64,000 nucleotides of DNA from an uncultured Acidobacteriota bacterium (GCA_963827655.1 CAWHCF010000049.1:384001-448000); one strand, 5' to 3'; positions 40,620 to 51,667 are shown, numbered from the stretch's first letter. Translations and numbers: made by a program. The notes: generated by a model from the letters alone, not told the origin.

Positions 40620-42977
40620 ATGCTTCGAATTCTACCGCTTCTTTTCCTTGTTTCCGCGGCGCTCGCCCAGACACCCGATCGCGCGCCGGCTTCCGACGAG
40701 TGGGGATACCGGCCGCTCGACGGTTCGATGGTCTCGCTGAACCCGCCTTCTTTGACCTGGGTACACGAACCCGAGAGCGCTTCGTACGTTCTCGAATGGT
40801 CACAGGACGCTGATTTCAAGGACGTCGCGACCGTGAAAGACCTGCCCTGGAGCGTCTACACGTACAACCAGCCGTTGTCAGCCGGAACGTATCACTGGCG
40901 CTACCGGATTATCAGGCGAAATGGCGACCCGTCACCGTGGAGCCGCATCCGGCGATTCACGGTGCCGGCTGACGCAGTGGTTTTTCCGCAGCCGAGCATG
41001 GATGAATTGCGCCGCAGGATTCCCAGCCAGCACCCGCGCGTATTCGTCACCCAGGGAGACCTTGTGCGCCTTCGGACGTGGGCGGAAGGCGAGGGCCAGC
41101 AAGCCTTCCAGAAGCTCCTGCGAAGGGCGGACGAACTGCTCGTCAGCGAGCCGACAGCCGAACCTTCCGTACGCGCCAGCGCGTCCGATCCGGCGACCAA
41201 CCAGTTCTGGTGGTCCAATCGTCTCCAGGCGATCCGGGCTGCCCAGGAGGCCGAGGTCCTGTCATTCGTTTACCTTCTGACTGGAAACGAAAAATACAAG
41301 GCGCCAACCCGGCGCCGGATTCTTGGTCTGGCCTCATGGGATCCTGATGGGCCGACCAACTGGAAGGTGAACTGCGAAGCCGCGAAACCCATGCTCCATC
41401 GCCTTGCGCGCGTCTATGACTGGGGATACGCAACACTCAGCGATGAGGAACGCCGGAGGGTGCAGGCGGTTCTGCTACGGCGGGCGATGGATGCGTGGAA
41501 CAGCGGTGAAGTGAGACAGGGCGCCGGTCACCTGAACCAGCCCTACAACAGCCACGGCAACCGTACCTGGCACAAGCTCGCTGAAAACGCGCTCGCCACT
41601 TTCGGCGAAACGCCCGAGTCCGAGAAGTTTTTGCACTATGCGGTCTCGAAGTTTTTCGCCGCATACCCCGTTTGGGCCGATGACGATGGCGGCTGGCACG
41701 AAGGCCTCAACTATTGGGCGGGCTACATGGCCAAGGCTACGTGGTGGTTGTCGCTGGCTAAAACAACGCTTGGTATCGACGGCTTCAAGAAACCATTCTT
41801 TACCCATTTCGCGGATTACGCGCTGTACACGGCTCCGCCGGGCTCGCCGAACATGGGCCTCGGTGACCTCGCCTACCGACCGCCTTCCCCTTCCTGGTCA
41901 TTCCTCTATTACGTGATTCGCGAGACCCGGCAACCGTCTTGGGCCTGGTGGGCCGGGCAATGGAAGATCCAGACCGAGCCGGATGAACCGGTGCTTGCCT
42001 TCCTGTGGGGCGCCGCGCCGCCGGTCGAGCCTCGGACTCCCGCGGACCTGCCTTCGTCCAAGGTCTTTAGCGGCATCGGCGTCGCCATCTTGAACAGCAC
42101 GCTCATCGACGCCGCTACCAATGTGCAGGTCCGCTTCAAGTCGAGTCCGTTTGGCAGCCGCAGCCATGGACTGGACCCCCAGAATTCTTTCACCTTCACA
42201 GCCTACGGAGAACCGCTCCTTGTCAACAATACGTATCGCGATTTGTACGGAAGTCCGTTTCATAAGGGTTGGTGCTGGACCACCAGGGCTCATAATGCCG
42301 TGCTGGTGAATGGCGAGGGTCAAAAGTCCCGTTCGCCGGATCCGGCGGGCCGCATCGTTTCATGGAGTTTTCAGGACGGCCTGGACCACGTGGCAGGCGA
42401 TGGAACCGCCTCTTATGAAGGCAGGCTAAAGCGCGCCGTGCGGCATGTTCTCTTCGTCAAGCCTGATCTGGCCATCATCGTTGACGATCTGGAAGCGCCA
42501 CGGCCGAGCACGTTTCAGTGGATGCTGCACGGACTCAACCCCTTCAAGATTGATGAACAGGCCGCGCGTCTGGAGCGAAACAACGCCAGCGTTCTGGTTG
42601 ACTACGTCAGTTCCCAACCGCTCAGTCTCCGTCAGTGGACTGGTTACGACCCGCCGCCTGACGCGCGGTACCTCGCCTCCATCAATCACCCGGGAATTCC
42701 GGAACAGTGGCACCTGGAAGCCGCCACATCTTCGCCTGCCGAACGCAGTTTCACCCTGACTGTGCTCCGTCCTTTTCGCCGCGATCAACCTCCGGCATCG
42801 AAAATCAAAGTGGAACAGAACGACACGGCAGTTCTGCTGCGGGTTCATGGTGATTCCGAAACTACGGTCGCGTTGCGCAAACCCGGCGCCGCAAAAGCGC
42901 TGATCGGCAGTCTGTCATTTAGTGATTTCGCCCTCGTGCGCAAGGCCGCTCGGGAGTGGAGGGTGAAAGCGGAGTAG
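40620..42977 (+). CDS. DUF4962 + heparinase II/III-like polysaccharide lyase
   Basis: Signal peptide, NPPSLTW, HPRVF, YDWGY, SHG, DGGWHEG..YW, FKSSPFGSRSH, HNAVLVNG, WMLH. Confidence 0.85.
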   Translation: MLRILPLLFLVSAALAQTPDRAPASDEWGYRPLDGSMVSLNPPSLTWVHEPESASYVLEWSQDADFKDVATVKDLPWSVYTYNQPLSAGTYHWRYRIIRRNGDPSPWSRIRRFTVPADAVVFPQPSMDELRRRIPSQHPRVFVTQGDLVRLRTWAEGEGQQAFQKLLRRADELLVSEPTAEPSVRASASDPATNQFWWSNRLQAIRAAQEAEVLSFVYLLTGNEKYKAPTRRRILGLASWDPDGPTNWKVNCEAAKPMLHRLARVYDWGYATLSDEERRRVQAVLLRRAMDAWNSGEVRQGAGHLNQPYNSHGNRTWHKLAENALATFGETPESEKFLHYAVSKFFAAYPVWADDDGGWHEGLNYWAGYMAKATWWLSLAKTTLGIDGFKKPFFTHFADYALYTAPPGSPNMGLGDLAYRPPSPSWSFLYYVIRETRQPSWAWWAGQWKIQTEPDEPVLAFLWGAAPPVEPRTPADLPSSKVFSGIGVAILNSTLIDAATNVQVRFKSSPFGSRSHGLDPQNSFTFTAYGEPLLVNNTYRDLYGSPFHKGWCWTTRAHNAVLVNGEGQKSRSPDPAGRIVSWSFQDGLDHVAGDGTASYEGRLKRAVRHVLFVKPDLAIIVDDLEAPRPSTFQWMLHGLNPFKIDEQAARLERNNASVLVDYVSSQPLSLRQWTGYDPPPDARYLASINHPGIPEQWHLEAATSSPAERSFTLTVLRPFRRDQPPASKIKVEQNDTAVLLRVHGDSETTVALRKPGAAKALIGSLSFSDFALVRKAAREWRVKAE

Positions 42978-43199
42978 CGCTGCGAAACAAATACCACCAG
43001 GATCCAAAGACACGCTAGCGCTTCTTCCGGTGCACCAACGACCCGGTTGCCGGCGCCAGGCCGAAATTCGTTTGTTCCGTGGCCGCCCGCGTGATAGAAA
43101 CGGTTATCCTCGGCGAAGGCAGGAGAGAAATCAAACGTTGCAGGGCAACTATTGATGAATTGTCAGCCGCGGCACCGGTTACGGGGAGGCAGCCGTTGT

Positions 43200-44885
43200 A
43201 TGGTCCTGCCCGTCATGCGAGGATTGTTGCCGCTGATCCCTATTCTCACGCTCCTTGCCTGGGCGGATCTTCCATCGCGCAGGCCTTTTCCGGGACAAAC
43301 GCGCGTCAAGCTGGCGATTCGCACGCCGCAAGGAAAACCCACGGGCTTGCGTTTGCGCGTGACCGACGCCTCGGGAGCCTACTTCGCGCCTCTCGGTCAC
43401 GCTTCGATCGCAGAAAGCCGCCGGTCCGCCGGCGACGTACTTTTCGGCGACGGCAAGACCTCGCCTTTCGAGCTAGCCGCCCTGGTCTACGACGGCGCAC
43501 AAATCGATCTTCCGCCCGGATCGTATAAATTTGCCGCCCGCAAGGGCTTCGAGTACGAGCCCGTCGACATGCAGGTCTCGATCGGGACGGCGCCGGAGCA
43601 GACGGTGACGCTTCCCTTGCGGAAGTTCGCCGATTTCGAGGCGCAAGGCTGGTACCCGGGCGACACGCACATGCACTTTCCCGATCCATCCGGCATCCGC
43701 TACGAGATGGAGTGCGAGGGCCTGCGGGTTTGCAGCCTCCTCATTTATAAGAACGGCTACGCCCGCCCGCCTCGCCCCGGCGAGGGGGTGTTCCTGAACG
43801 TCGAGCACTTCACCGGCAAGTTGTCCCCCGTCTCGGACGCGGAGCATTTCGTGAAGGTGGGCGAAGAGTTTCGCAATGGCCTGTTGGCCCACCTCATCTT
43901 CCAGAACCTGAAGCAGATCGTCTGGCCGGTGTCGACCGGCGGCCTGCGTGAGAGCGGCACCGGAGGTTACGACTGGCCCTTGATGCTGGGCGCGTCCGAC
44001 GACGCCCGCGCGCAGCGCGCGCTCGTCACCTGGGCGCACTGGCCCTACCCCAGCATGGAGGCGCCGCTAGACATCGCGCTCGGGCGCATCGACTCGCTGG
44101 ACATCCTCACGACCGGCAATCCGTTCGAGCACCATCCCGAACTGGTCCAGATTTATAAGATGCACGGACCGAAAGCCTACAGCACGCCGCCCATCGAGAT
44201 GTACTACCACTACCTCAACTGCGGCTTCCGCCTGGCCGTGTCGTCGGGTTCGGACAAGATGGCCCAGAACCCGCCCATGGGCAGCGCTCGGGTTTACGTC
44301 AAGACCAAGGGACGCCTCGACTACGATTCGTGGATCGAGGGCATCAGGGAGGGACGGACCTTCATCAGCAACTACCCCCTGCTCGAGATGTCCGTCGACG
44401 GAAAAATCGCCGGGGACACGCTGCGCCTTTCGCCGGGCAAGGCCAAGTTGCACGTACGCGCCCGCGCCCGCTCGATCGAGCCCTACGAGGTGCTGGAGAT
44501 CATCGTCAACGGTGCCGTGGTGGCGAAGTCCACGCCCGGGGGCCCCGGCACCCGATACGAAGCGGCTCTCGATCAGGTGATCGAAGTCGAACGCGGCGGC
44601 TGGATCGCGGCGCGGGCGCATGGACCGATGATGCTGCCTTACGGGGCCACCTGGTGGCAGATGCCGGTCTTCGCCCACACCTCGCCGATCTACCTCGACA
44701 TGCCGGGTCGTCCGGCGATTGCGGAGAAATCGGCCGAGATTCTCCTCGAACAGCTGGGATATCTCGAGCGCTGGGCCAAGGAGAAGGCCAACTTTCCCAC
44801 CGCCGATGCCCGCGCCCAGGCGCTCGACTACATCGCCCAGGCCACGAAGGTATACGAGGACGCGAAGGCCGGCTCGGGGAAGTAG
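43200..44885 (+). CDS. CehA/McbA family PHP-like metallohydrolase (start uncertain)
   Basis: KGFEY, GDTHMH, GEEFR, WAH, YHYLNCGF, GSD, GRTFISNYP, FAHTSPIY. Confidence 0.8.
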   Translation: MVLPVMRGLLPLIPILTLLAWADLPSRRPFPGQTRVKLAIRTPQGKPTGLRLRVTDASGAYFAPLGHASIAESRRSAGDVLFGDGKTSPFELAALVYDGAQIDLPPGSYKFAARKGFEYEPVDMQVSIGTAPEQTVTLPLRKFADFEAQGWYPGDTHMHFPDPSGIRYEMECEGLRVCSLLIYKNGYARPPRPGEGVFLNVEHFTGKLSPVSDAEHFVKVGEEFRNGLLAHLIFQNLKQIVWPVSTGGLRESGTGGYDWPLMLGASDDARAQRALVTWAHWPYPSMEAPLDIALGRIDSLDILTTGNPFEHHPELVQIYKMHGPKAYSTPPIEMYYHYLNCGFRLAVSSGSDKMAQNPPMGSARVYVKTKGRLDYDSWIEGIREGRTFISNYPLLEMSVDGKIAGDTLRLSPGKAKLHVRARARSIEPYEVLEIIVNGAVVAKSTPGGPGTRYEAALDQVIEVERGGWIAARAHGPMMLPYGATWWQMPVFAHTSPIYLDMPGRPAIAEKSAEILLEQLGYLERWAKEKANFPTADARAQALDYIAQATKVYEDAKAGSGK

Positions 44886-44959
44886 CTCACGGCCCCCTCC
44901 ACCTCCACAAGCACGAGACCGCTTCAGTCAGAAAGGCCGATGATCACCTCTGCCGTGGC

Positions 44960-45067
44960 CTTCTAGGCGGCGCGAACGAGTACTACCACCTCGTGGTCAA
45001 TTCCCGACCAGTTGCGGCACGAGGAACTTGCCGGCCGCCCGCTGCCACCGCGACCAAGACTCTCATC
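44960..45067 (-). pseudogene. Possible decayed NAD(P)-binding (epimerase-like) N-terminal remnant
   Basis: Across frames reads MRVLV-GGSG-GKFLVPQLVG-DHEVVVLVR; needs several frameshifts, so weak. Confidence 0.3.
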
Positions 45068-45515
45068 GCGGCGGCTCCGCCAGGGGGCGGTCTGTCGCCA
45101 GCACGGGTGAAGCGGACGCCGGATGTTCATAGCAGCGGCCTGACTTCCTCGAATCGATCCGCCGACCTGCGCCCAAACAGGACGGTCTCCATGCCGCGGC
45201 ATGTAGATCGCTCGCCTTGCTGACTTCACTACGGTATCCGGAGCTGTGCGTGCTCAGAGCCTCAAGACGTCTAGATGTCACTTCGTCTGCCTTGCCGAAT
45301 GGACCGGCGGCAGGGCAAGAAACGTGTTGTTCGTTCCTCAGTTTCGGTTAAACTTGGTATTGCGCTGACAGACGCAGCGACAACCGACCGAGCCACTGGC
45401 GTGGCGCATGTAAGTCCGGGACTTGATCAACTGCTGACAGGTACCAGGCAATGACGAGCGACCTTTTCACTCCATCATTTCCGCACCTATCAGCTTGCCT
45501 CCAATGAGGTGAGCC

Positions 45516-46304
45516 ATGAACGTCTCTATTTTTCTTACTGCCAAGATCGAGGGCAGAAAGCTCTCGCTGGTTACCTGCTACGATTACACCTTTGCCCGGC
45601 TGCTGTCGAAGAGCTCCGTTGATGCGATCCTTGTCGGTGACAGCGCGGCTATGGTGATGCACGGACATCCCTCGACTCTTCAGGCGACTCTGGAGATCAT
45701 GCGCCTCCACACCGAGGCGGTTGTGCGCGGGGCTGGAAAAAAATGTGTTATCGCCGATATGCCGTTTCTGACATTCCGGAAAGGAGTTCCGGCTGCCCTT
45801 GAAGTTGCGCAAGCGCTCATGAGCGCCGGCGCCGCTGCGGTCAAGCTCGAAGGCGTAAGGGGGCATGAGGATGTTGTCCAGCGCCTGGTGGAGAGCGGTA
45901 TTCCGGTTATGGGTCATCTCGGGCTTGAGCCCCAGTCGATGCGGCGCTACGGCGGTTACCATGTCCAGGGCCGTGATGAGGATCAGGCGCGGAAAATACT
46001 CGATCATGCACGAGTGCTCGAAGAGCTTGGCGCATTTGCGGTGGTTTTGGAGTGCATTCCTTCGTCACTTGCCGCCAAGATCTCGGTCGCTCTGAAAATT
46101 CCAACCATCGGGATTGGTGCCGGCGTTGCCTGCGACGGGCAGATTCTGGTGTTGCAAGACCTTCTTGGGTTAAATACCGATTTCCATCCGAGATTTGCAC
46201 GGACCTTTGCGGACATCGGTCAGTGCGTCCTGGCAGCGATTGAAAGCTATGACCGCGCCGTAAAGACCGAACAATTTCCGGCGAGCGAGGAGAGCTTTAC
46301 GTGA
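45516..46304 (+). CDS. panB: 3-methyl-2-oxobutanoate hydroxymethyltransferase
   Basis: TCYD, LVGDS, ADMPF, AVKLEG, MGHLGLEPQ, TIGIGAG, DGQILV. Confidence 0.96.
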   Translation: MNVSIFLTAKIEGRKLSLVTCYDYTFARLLSKSSVDAILVGDSAAMVMHGHPSTLQATLEIMRLHTEAVVRGAGKKCVIADMPFLTFRKGVPAALEVAQALMSAGAAAVKLEGVRGHEDVVQRLVESGIPVMGHLGLEPQSMRRYGGYHVQGRDEDQARKILDHARVLEELGAFAVVLECIPSSLAAKISVALKIPTIGIGAGVACDGQILVLQDLLGLNTDFHPRFARTFADIGQCVLAAIESYDRAVKTEQFPASEESFT

Positions 46305-47089
46305 TGCAGGTTTGGGAAACTGTTCCGGAATGGAGCGAGCGCCGTCGCGCATTGAATGGCCGGGAAATTGGTTTTGTGCCGACCATGGGCGCCCTTCACA
46401 GAGGACATGCCTCGCTCGTCGAGCGCTGCCGGATGGAGAATGAAGTTGCCGTCGTGAGCATCTTCGTCAATCCGGCGCAATTCAACGATCCGCAGGACCT
46501 TGAACGTTATCCAAGAAATCTCGATGATGATTTGGCCCTGCTCGAGTCTCTTGGCGTAGACGAGGTTCTTCTGCCGCGCGCAAAAGACCTCTATCCGTGT
46601 GGCTACCGTTTCCGCATTGAAGAAGAGGGTCTTACCAGACTGATGGAAGGCGCCTGCAGGCCCGGATTCTTTCAAGGCGTGATGACAGTCGTCTTGAAGC
46701 TTCTGAATCTCGTACGGCCGTCACGCGCCTACTTTGGCGAAAAGGATTATCAGCAGCTTCGGGTTATCAAAGAAATGACCAGAGAGTTTTTTGTTCCTAC
46801 GGAGATCGTGGCCTGTCCTACGGTTCGCGAAGAGTCGGGCCTCGCGGCAAGTTCCCGAAATGCCCTTCTTTCTGCCGCGGGAAGGGAAAAAGCTGCCGTC
46901 ATGGCGCAGGCTCTGCGGCAGGCGCCAACTTGCGCGAAAGCGGCGGAGATGCTTGAAGGCGCGGGCTTCCTGGTGGAGTATGTGGAAGAACATTTCGGCC
47001 GGCGTTTTGCGGCCGCACGCCTTGAAGGCGTGCGGCTTATCGATAATGTGCCGGCCGGTGGATGCGAAGCGAATGCTTCTGTGTCTTGA
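46304..47089 (+). CDS. panC: Pantoate--beta-alanine ligase
   Basis: FVPTMGALHRGH, SIFVNPAQF, RPGFF, FGEKDYQQ, SSRN, RLIDN. Confidence 0.96.
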   Translation: MQVWETVPEWSERRRALNGREIGFVPTMGALHRGHASLVERCRMENEVAVVSIFVNPAQFNDPQDLERYPRNLDDDLALLESLGVDEVLLPRAKDLYPCGYRFRIEEEGLTRLMEGACRPGFFQGVMTVVLKLLNLVRPSRAYFGEKDYQQLRVIKEMTREFFVPTEIVACPTVREESGLAASSRNALLSAAGREKAAVMAQALRQAPTCAKAAEMLEGAGFLVEYVEEHFGRRFAAARLEGVRLIDNVPAGGCEANASVS

Positions 47090-47891
47090 TGTCGGGAACA
47101 CTCAGATTTTCGGCGGTGTTTACGAGGGAGACGATTTACGTTCTACCTTTCGGCGCACGTCAAGCATCCGCGCCTCCTCGGACGAATTTGGGATGTTCTT
47201 GCGCGCAGTCCTTCGCGAGAACGGCATCGAGCCGGATCGGATCGCGATGGCGGCGATCTGTTCGGTCGTTCCCGACGTGCTCCATTCGCTCCGGAACTGT
47301 TTTCGCAAATACTTCAGTTTCGAACCGTTCATCCTCCAACCCGGCGCAAAGACCGGACTGAAAATCCGCTACCGGAATCCGCTCGAGGTCGGAGCCGATA
47401 AGATTGCCAACGCGGTCGGAGGACTTTTTTGCTTTCCGGGAAAGAATCTGCTGATCATTGATTTCGGAACTGCGACAACTCTCTGCGCAGTGACGAAAAA
47501 CAAGGAATACCTCGGGGGAATCATTACGCCTGGCATTTACGCTTCGATGGAGCTTCTGGAATCGAAAACGGCGCGGCTTCCTGCAGTAGAGATCGTGCGG
47601 CCGAGAGAGATCCTCGGACGCTCGGCGGTGGAAAGCATTCAGTCTGGTCTGTATTACGGTACGCTGGCGGCCATAAAGGGACTCGCCGCCGCCCTCACGA
47701 AAGAGCATTTTGCAGCCGAACGACCGTTCATCCTCGCGACCGGAGGATTCGGCCGGCTCTTTGAGGCGGAGTCCTTTTTCGACGCGTTCTTACCCGAACT
47801 CGCGCTCATCGGTCTCCGCCGCGCTGCAGAGCTAAGGGCTCGCGCAGAAATAACTTCACATTCTGGTGCGAAATCCGGCGGTCAATCATGA
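47073..47891 (+). CDS. coaX: Type III pantothenate kinase; last 18 residues derived from the MITE
   Basis: LDVGNT, CSVVP, NPLEVGAD, IDFGTATT, GGIITPG, ATGG. Confidence 0.93.
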   Translation: MLLCLDVGNTQIFGGVYEGDDLRSTFRRTSSIRASSDEFGMFLRAVLRENGIEPDRIAMAAICSVVPDVLHSLRNCFRKYFSFEPFILQPGAKTGLKIRYRNPLEVGADKIANAVGGLFCFPGKNLLIIDFGTATTLCAVTKNKEYLGGIITPGIYASMELLESKTARLPAVEIVRPREILGRSAVESIQSGLYYGTLAAIKGLAAALTKEHFAAERPFILATGGFGRLFEAESFFDAFLPELALIGLRRAAELRARAEITSHSGAKSGGQS

Positions 47892-48068
47892 ACCGGTTTC
47901 TGTTCGCTAAGCACGCTGAGGATCGCGCCCCTTCGGGCTGCGGCCCGCAGGCCCGCTGGCTTTGTTGCTCGCTCCTCACGTACCGCACCGGGTACGCATC
48001 GTCGCTCGCGCCTCGCCAGCAGGCCTGGGGGCCTGCAGCAGAATGCGAACTTATTTCTGCGCGAACCC
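47836..48068 (+). mobile_element. 233-bp MITE, copy 2
   Basis: Same TIRs; TAA at 47833-47835 and 48069-48071. Confidence 0.9.
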
Positions 48069-48467
48069 TAAGCGACCGCACTAGCCGAGCATGACGCGGC
48101 GTACCGGGAAGCGAGGAAGCGAGCGAGGGCGATCTCTTTGATCCAGCCAAGTGTCTGGATGCGGCTGCGCGCGAAATCAGCGAATCGCTGCCCCCCAAGA
48201 TTCTTGCCTCATTCACGCGGTTGACCTAAGATGGCCTCGGCTCGGGCGTCCGAGCGAAAAGAGTGACGTTCGGGTGCCGGCGACATCGACAGAGGGTCCT
48301 GCGGGACCATTCGGGTCTTTCAGGAACGCCGGTCTCTTTTTCGCTTCGCCGGTCGGACTCCTCGAATCTGACTGCTTCTGGAATACCTTCGCGATTGAAA
48401 CGCTCGAAGCCGTGGCCGAGGGATCGATCGGCGCTTTCTGCGAAATGATCCAGAATAGGAGGGCACG

Positions 48468-49970
48468 TTGCGCAAACTTGGATCTGCTTGGCTATTCGCG
48501 GCACTGCTGGCCGCCGCTGCGGCCTGGATGGTCGCGCAGAACCTACCTTTTCGGGCCAATCGCCATGACTACCACTGGGTCACCGGCGAAACTGTCTGGC
48601 GCGGGACACAGGCCCTGAAGCTCTGCAACGGTCTCTTCGTGTCGAATCGCACCGTCGATCAGATCTACGCGCAGGAGTTGACCGGCATGGGAGAGCCCAT
48701 GCCAGCCGCGCGTGTCGAGATCGATTCTCGCCGAAAGACTGTCGTCGTCGGCACCGGGACCGATGATCTCATCCCGCCCATGCGCGCGGCCCATCGCGAC
48801 GGGATCGGCTGCGTCGTGATGGCGCCGGATCAGAGTTTTGCCGATATCGACAAGCTGCCGCTGCTGGAGATGCCCGCGATGCCGGGTGATGCGTCCGCGA
48901 TTGCCTGGCCCGACGGCGATCGCGTGGAAAAGAAGAAGCTGGCCCAGGGTGTGAACGAGCTCGCCCTGAAGCGCGCCGGCGACTGGGCCTTCGACCGGGC
49001 GGCGCACGGCGGCCACCGCGGCCAGGTTACGCTCAGCTTGCTCGTCGTCCACGGCGGGGAGATCGCCTACGAGCGGTATGCGCAAGGCATGGATATGGAT
49101 ACGCGAACGCGCACGTGGTCCACGGCGAAGAGCATCGCCTCCACGCTGATCGGTATTGCGGTCGCCCGTGGAGTCCTCAAGCTGGATGCGCCGCTTCCAG
49201 TCGCGTGGAAGCCCGACGCTGGGCCGGATACATCCGATCCACGCCGCAGGATCACGTTGCGCCACGTCCTTCACATGTCGAGCGGCCTCTACCCCGTGGA
49301 CAACGATTACGGATCGGTTATCGGCTCGCCGCTCTCCTATTTCGCCGGCTGGAATTCGGCTGATGGCGCGCGCGATCGCGGCCTCATTCGAGAACCGGGA
49401 ACGCACTGGGACTACGAGAACTACGACACGCTGCTTGCCGTGCTGGCGTTGAAGTCGGCTCTCGGCGACGAGAAGACATACCGGGAGTTTCCGCGGCGTG
49501 CGCTGTTCGATCGCATCGGAATGAGGAACACGCTAGCCGGGATGGACCGCTTCGGGAACTATGTCATGAGCAGTCAGGTTTACACGAACGCGCGGGACCT
49601 CGCGCGCCTCGGGCTGCTCTACCTCAATCGCGGAAAATGGAACGGCGAGCAGATTTTGCCCGAGGAGTGGGTCGACTTCGTCCGTATGCCCGCGCCCGCC
49701 ACACGGCAGAGCGGCCGCAACTACGGCGGTCAATGGTGGCTCGTTCCGGACAGCCGCACGGATCTTCCGCAGGACGCGTACTCGACGGCAGGCGCGCGCG
49801 GACAGTACACGATCGTGGTGCCGTCCTACGATCTGGTCGTCGTGCGCCGCGGGCTGGACTGGCGGCAAGGGGGCGGCCCGGGGCTCTCGCAATGGGACCT
49901 GCTGGCCGAGGTACTCGCAGCCTTTCCCCGCAGAGCGGGCGGAACGAAGCCCAGCGCCCCGACGCTCTAA
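48468..49970 (+). CDS. Serine hydrolase, beta-lactamase class C-like
   Basis: WSTAKS (SxxK), LHMSSG, WDYEN, ARDLARLG, YGGQWW, GARGQ. Confidence 0.9.
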   Translation: MRKLGSAWLFAALLAAAAAWMVAQNLPFRANRHDYHWVTGETVWRGTQALKLCNGLFVSNRTVDQIYAQELTGMGEPMPAARVEIDSRRKTVVVGTGTDDLIPPMRAAHRDGIGCVVMAPDQSFADIDKLPLLEMPAMPGDASAIAWPDGDRVEKKKLAQGVNELALKRAGDWAFDRAAHGGHRGQVTLSLLVVHGGEIAYERYAQGMDMDTRTRTWSTAKSIASTLIGIAVARGVLKLDAPLPVAWKPDAGPDTSDPRRRITLRHVLHMSSGLYPVDNDYGSVIGSPLSYFAGWNSADGARDRGLIREPGTHWDYENYDTLLAVLALKSALGDEKTYREFPRRALFDRIGMRNTLAGMDRFGNYVMSSQVYTNARDLARLGLLYLNRGKWNGEQILPEEWVDFVRMPAPATRQSGRNYGGQWWLVPDSRTDLPQDAYSTAGARGQYTIVVPSYDLVVVRRGLDWRQGGGPGLSQWDLLAEVLAAFPRRAGGTKPSAPTL

Positions 49971-50052
49971 AGCGAGTGTGGAAGATCCGTACGGGAAACC
50001 GAGGATGGCCGTGTCCGAGCGCCCTGTGGCGACGGGCCATCCGGCCCGTCGC

Positions 50053-50390
50053 AAGCCCGTCAGGGCCGACAGGGCAATAGCCCCGGCCGTAAGGCTGGGG
50101 TTACAGCAAAACCCGTGCAGTCCGAGGGCCGAAGGTCCCGGATCGACACGGGTCGTGCGCTGGTCCGGACCTCCATGTCATCTGACATCAGAACCACGCC
50201 CTGACGGGCTTATCAGCCGTGCTCGGCCCGGCTGGACTGATCCTGTCAGCCACTTAGCCTTCAAAAGTTCATTTGTGCCACCAATGGTCGGACGGGCTTG
50301 ATAGCCCGTCCGCACAATGGATCGGGAGGTTTTGGAGACAGCCTCTTGAGACCTGCACTTCACGAGACAGGCTTCGAAACCAGCCTCCTG
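50053..50390. repeat. Cluster of degenerate palindromes (family A-like plus other hairpins)
   Basis: TAGCCCCGGCCGTAAGGCTGGGG, GAGGGCCGAAGGTCCC, AAGCCCGTCAGGGC/GCCCTGACGGGCTT, CGGACGGGCTTGATAGCCCGTCCG between convergent genes. Confidence 0.55.
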
Positions 50391-50462
50391 ACGGCCTCGT
50401 TACCATTGCCGGCGCGTCGTTGGATACGACGGCGACGCGTGCCCGGCACTCGGGGCGGGACT

Positions 50463-51596
50463 CTACCGGGGAGGCAGTTTGATCTGCGCCAGATAGATGG
50501 CCGACTTGCCCTCGTGTGACGAGTAGTAGCTCATCCACAAACGTCCGTCGTGCCAGACGAGTCCTGGATAACTGGTGTCGCCGCCGCTCGGCAGCGTGAG
50601 TGAGGGAGCGTAGTCCCCTGCGAGCTTCATCCGCGCCAGCACCGTCGTCGCGCCGCCGGGGTAGCTGCGACCGGCGGCCCACAGGGTGCCGTCCGACAAC
50701 ACGATGAAGTTCGGTCCGCCGAGTCGGTGCGTCGTTTCCTTCCAGCTCCAGTCTGTGTAGGGAGCGCGGCTGCTGCCGATCCAGCCGAACCTGTTTCCCC
50801 CTTCGCGACGGACGAGCGCGATCATCTCGCCGCCGCGCAGGAAGCGAAGCGTCGTTTCGTTCGGATGGCCGGGGACGTCGAGGTGAGTGATGACGTCGTA
50901 CTCGAGGCCGTCGTGGCTGGCGACGAGCTTGAGCTTCCAGTCCGCCGGACCGGGCGGCGCCGTTCCCGAGGCGGCGGCGGCCCTGGCTTCGTCGGTGCCG
51001 CGCATCGATGCGTTGTACGTGACCCCATAGCACCGGCCCTCATGCCAGGTGACGCGCCAGAGCCATTCCCCTTCGGAGAGGACGCGCCGCGGCGGTGTCC
51101 ACTCGCGGCCGTCCTTGGAGAACGCAACGCGGGGCTGGCGGCCGACGAGCGTCATGCCGTCGTAAACCGAGCCGCCCGCCACGATCATCAACCGGTCGTC
51201 GGGCGTGACGGTGAGCTTGGGGTCGCGCAGATCGATGCCCTCTTCGCGGACGAGAGCGATCGACTCCCATCGTGTCGCGTCGCTCGACGTCAGCACGCGC
51301 AGCTGTCCGTTGCCGCCGACATGCGCGTCGGCCTCGCGAAAGATACAGTACCAGCGGTCATGCCAGCGGATCAGGTCGGTGAAGGCGTTGTGCCGCCCCT
51401 GGTTCCAGATCTGGATGACGGAAACGATCTCCGGCTCGGCAGCCGCCGCCTGCATGACCGCGAACAGAATTACCGCCACGAGTCTGCCCGGAATCACTAA
51501 CTCCAGCGCTCGAACCGCTCCCGCGCGATGAGGTCGAGCAGGAGAAAGCGATCGGGGCAACCCGCCTTGCGATTCACTCGTCATTCGTTTCATCAA
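50463..51596 (-). CDS. Sialidase/BNR-like beta-propeller protein (start uncertain)
   Basis: HNAFTDL, FRE, SSDATRW, DLRDPKL, SKDGREW, WLWRVTW, GGDTSYPG, SYYSSH. Confidence 0.75.
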   Translation of the reverse strand: MMKRMTSESQGGLPRSLSPARPHRAGAVRALELVIPGRLVAVILFAVMQAAAAEPEIVSVIQIWNQGRHNAFTDLIRWHDRWYCIFREADAHVGGNGQLRVLTSSDATRWESIALVREEGIDLRDPKLTVTPDDRLMIVAGGSVYDGMTLVGRQPRVAFSKDGREWTPPRRVLSEGEWLWRVTWHEGRCYGVTYNASMRGTDEARAAAASGTAPPGPADWKLKLVASHDGLEYDVITHLDVPGHPNETTLRFLRGGEMIALVRREGGNRFGWIGSSRAPYTDWSWKETTHRLGGPNFIVLSDGTLWAAGRSYPGGATTVLARMKLAGDYAPSLTLPSGGDTSYPGLVWHDGRLWMSYYSSHEGKSAIYLAQIKLPPR

Positions 51597-51667
51597 TTGT
51601 GTCTTTCTGGTGGGAAGAAAATAAGCGGCCCTTACGGAGCGCCGCCTCTATGACGATCACTTCTTAA

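Noticed and set aside
47888-48094. Near-identical small ORFs MNRFLFAK... (also 51720-52010 and within 22466-23071)
   Set aside because: They lie inside the MITE copies; the similarity reflects the DNA repeat, not a protein family.
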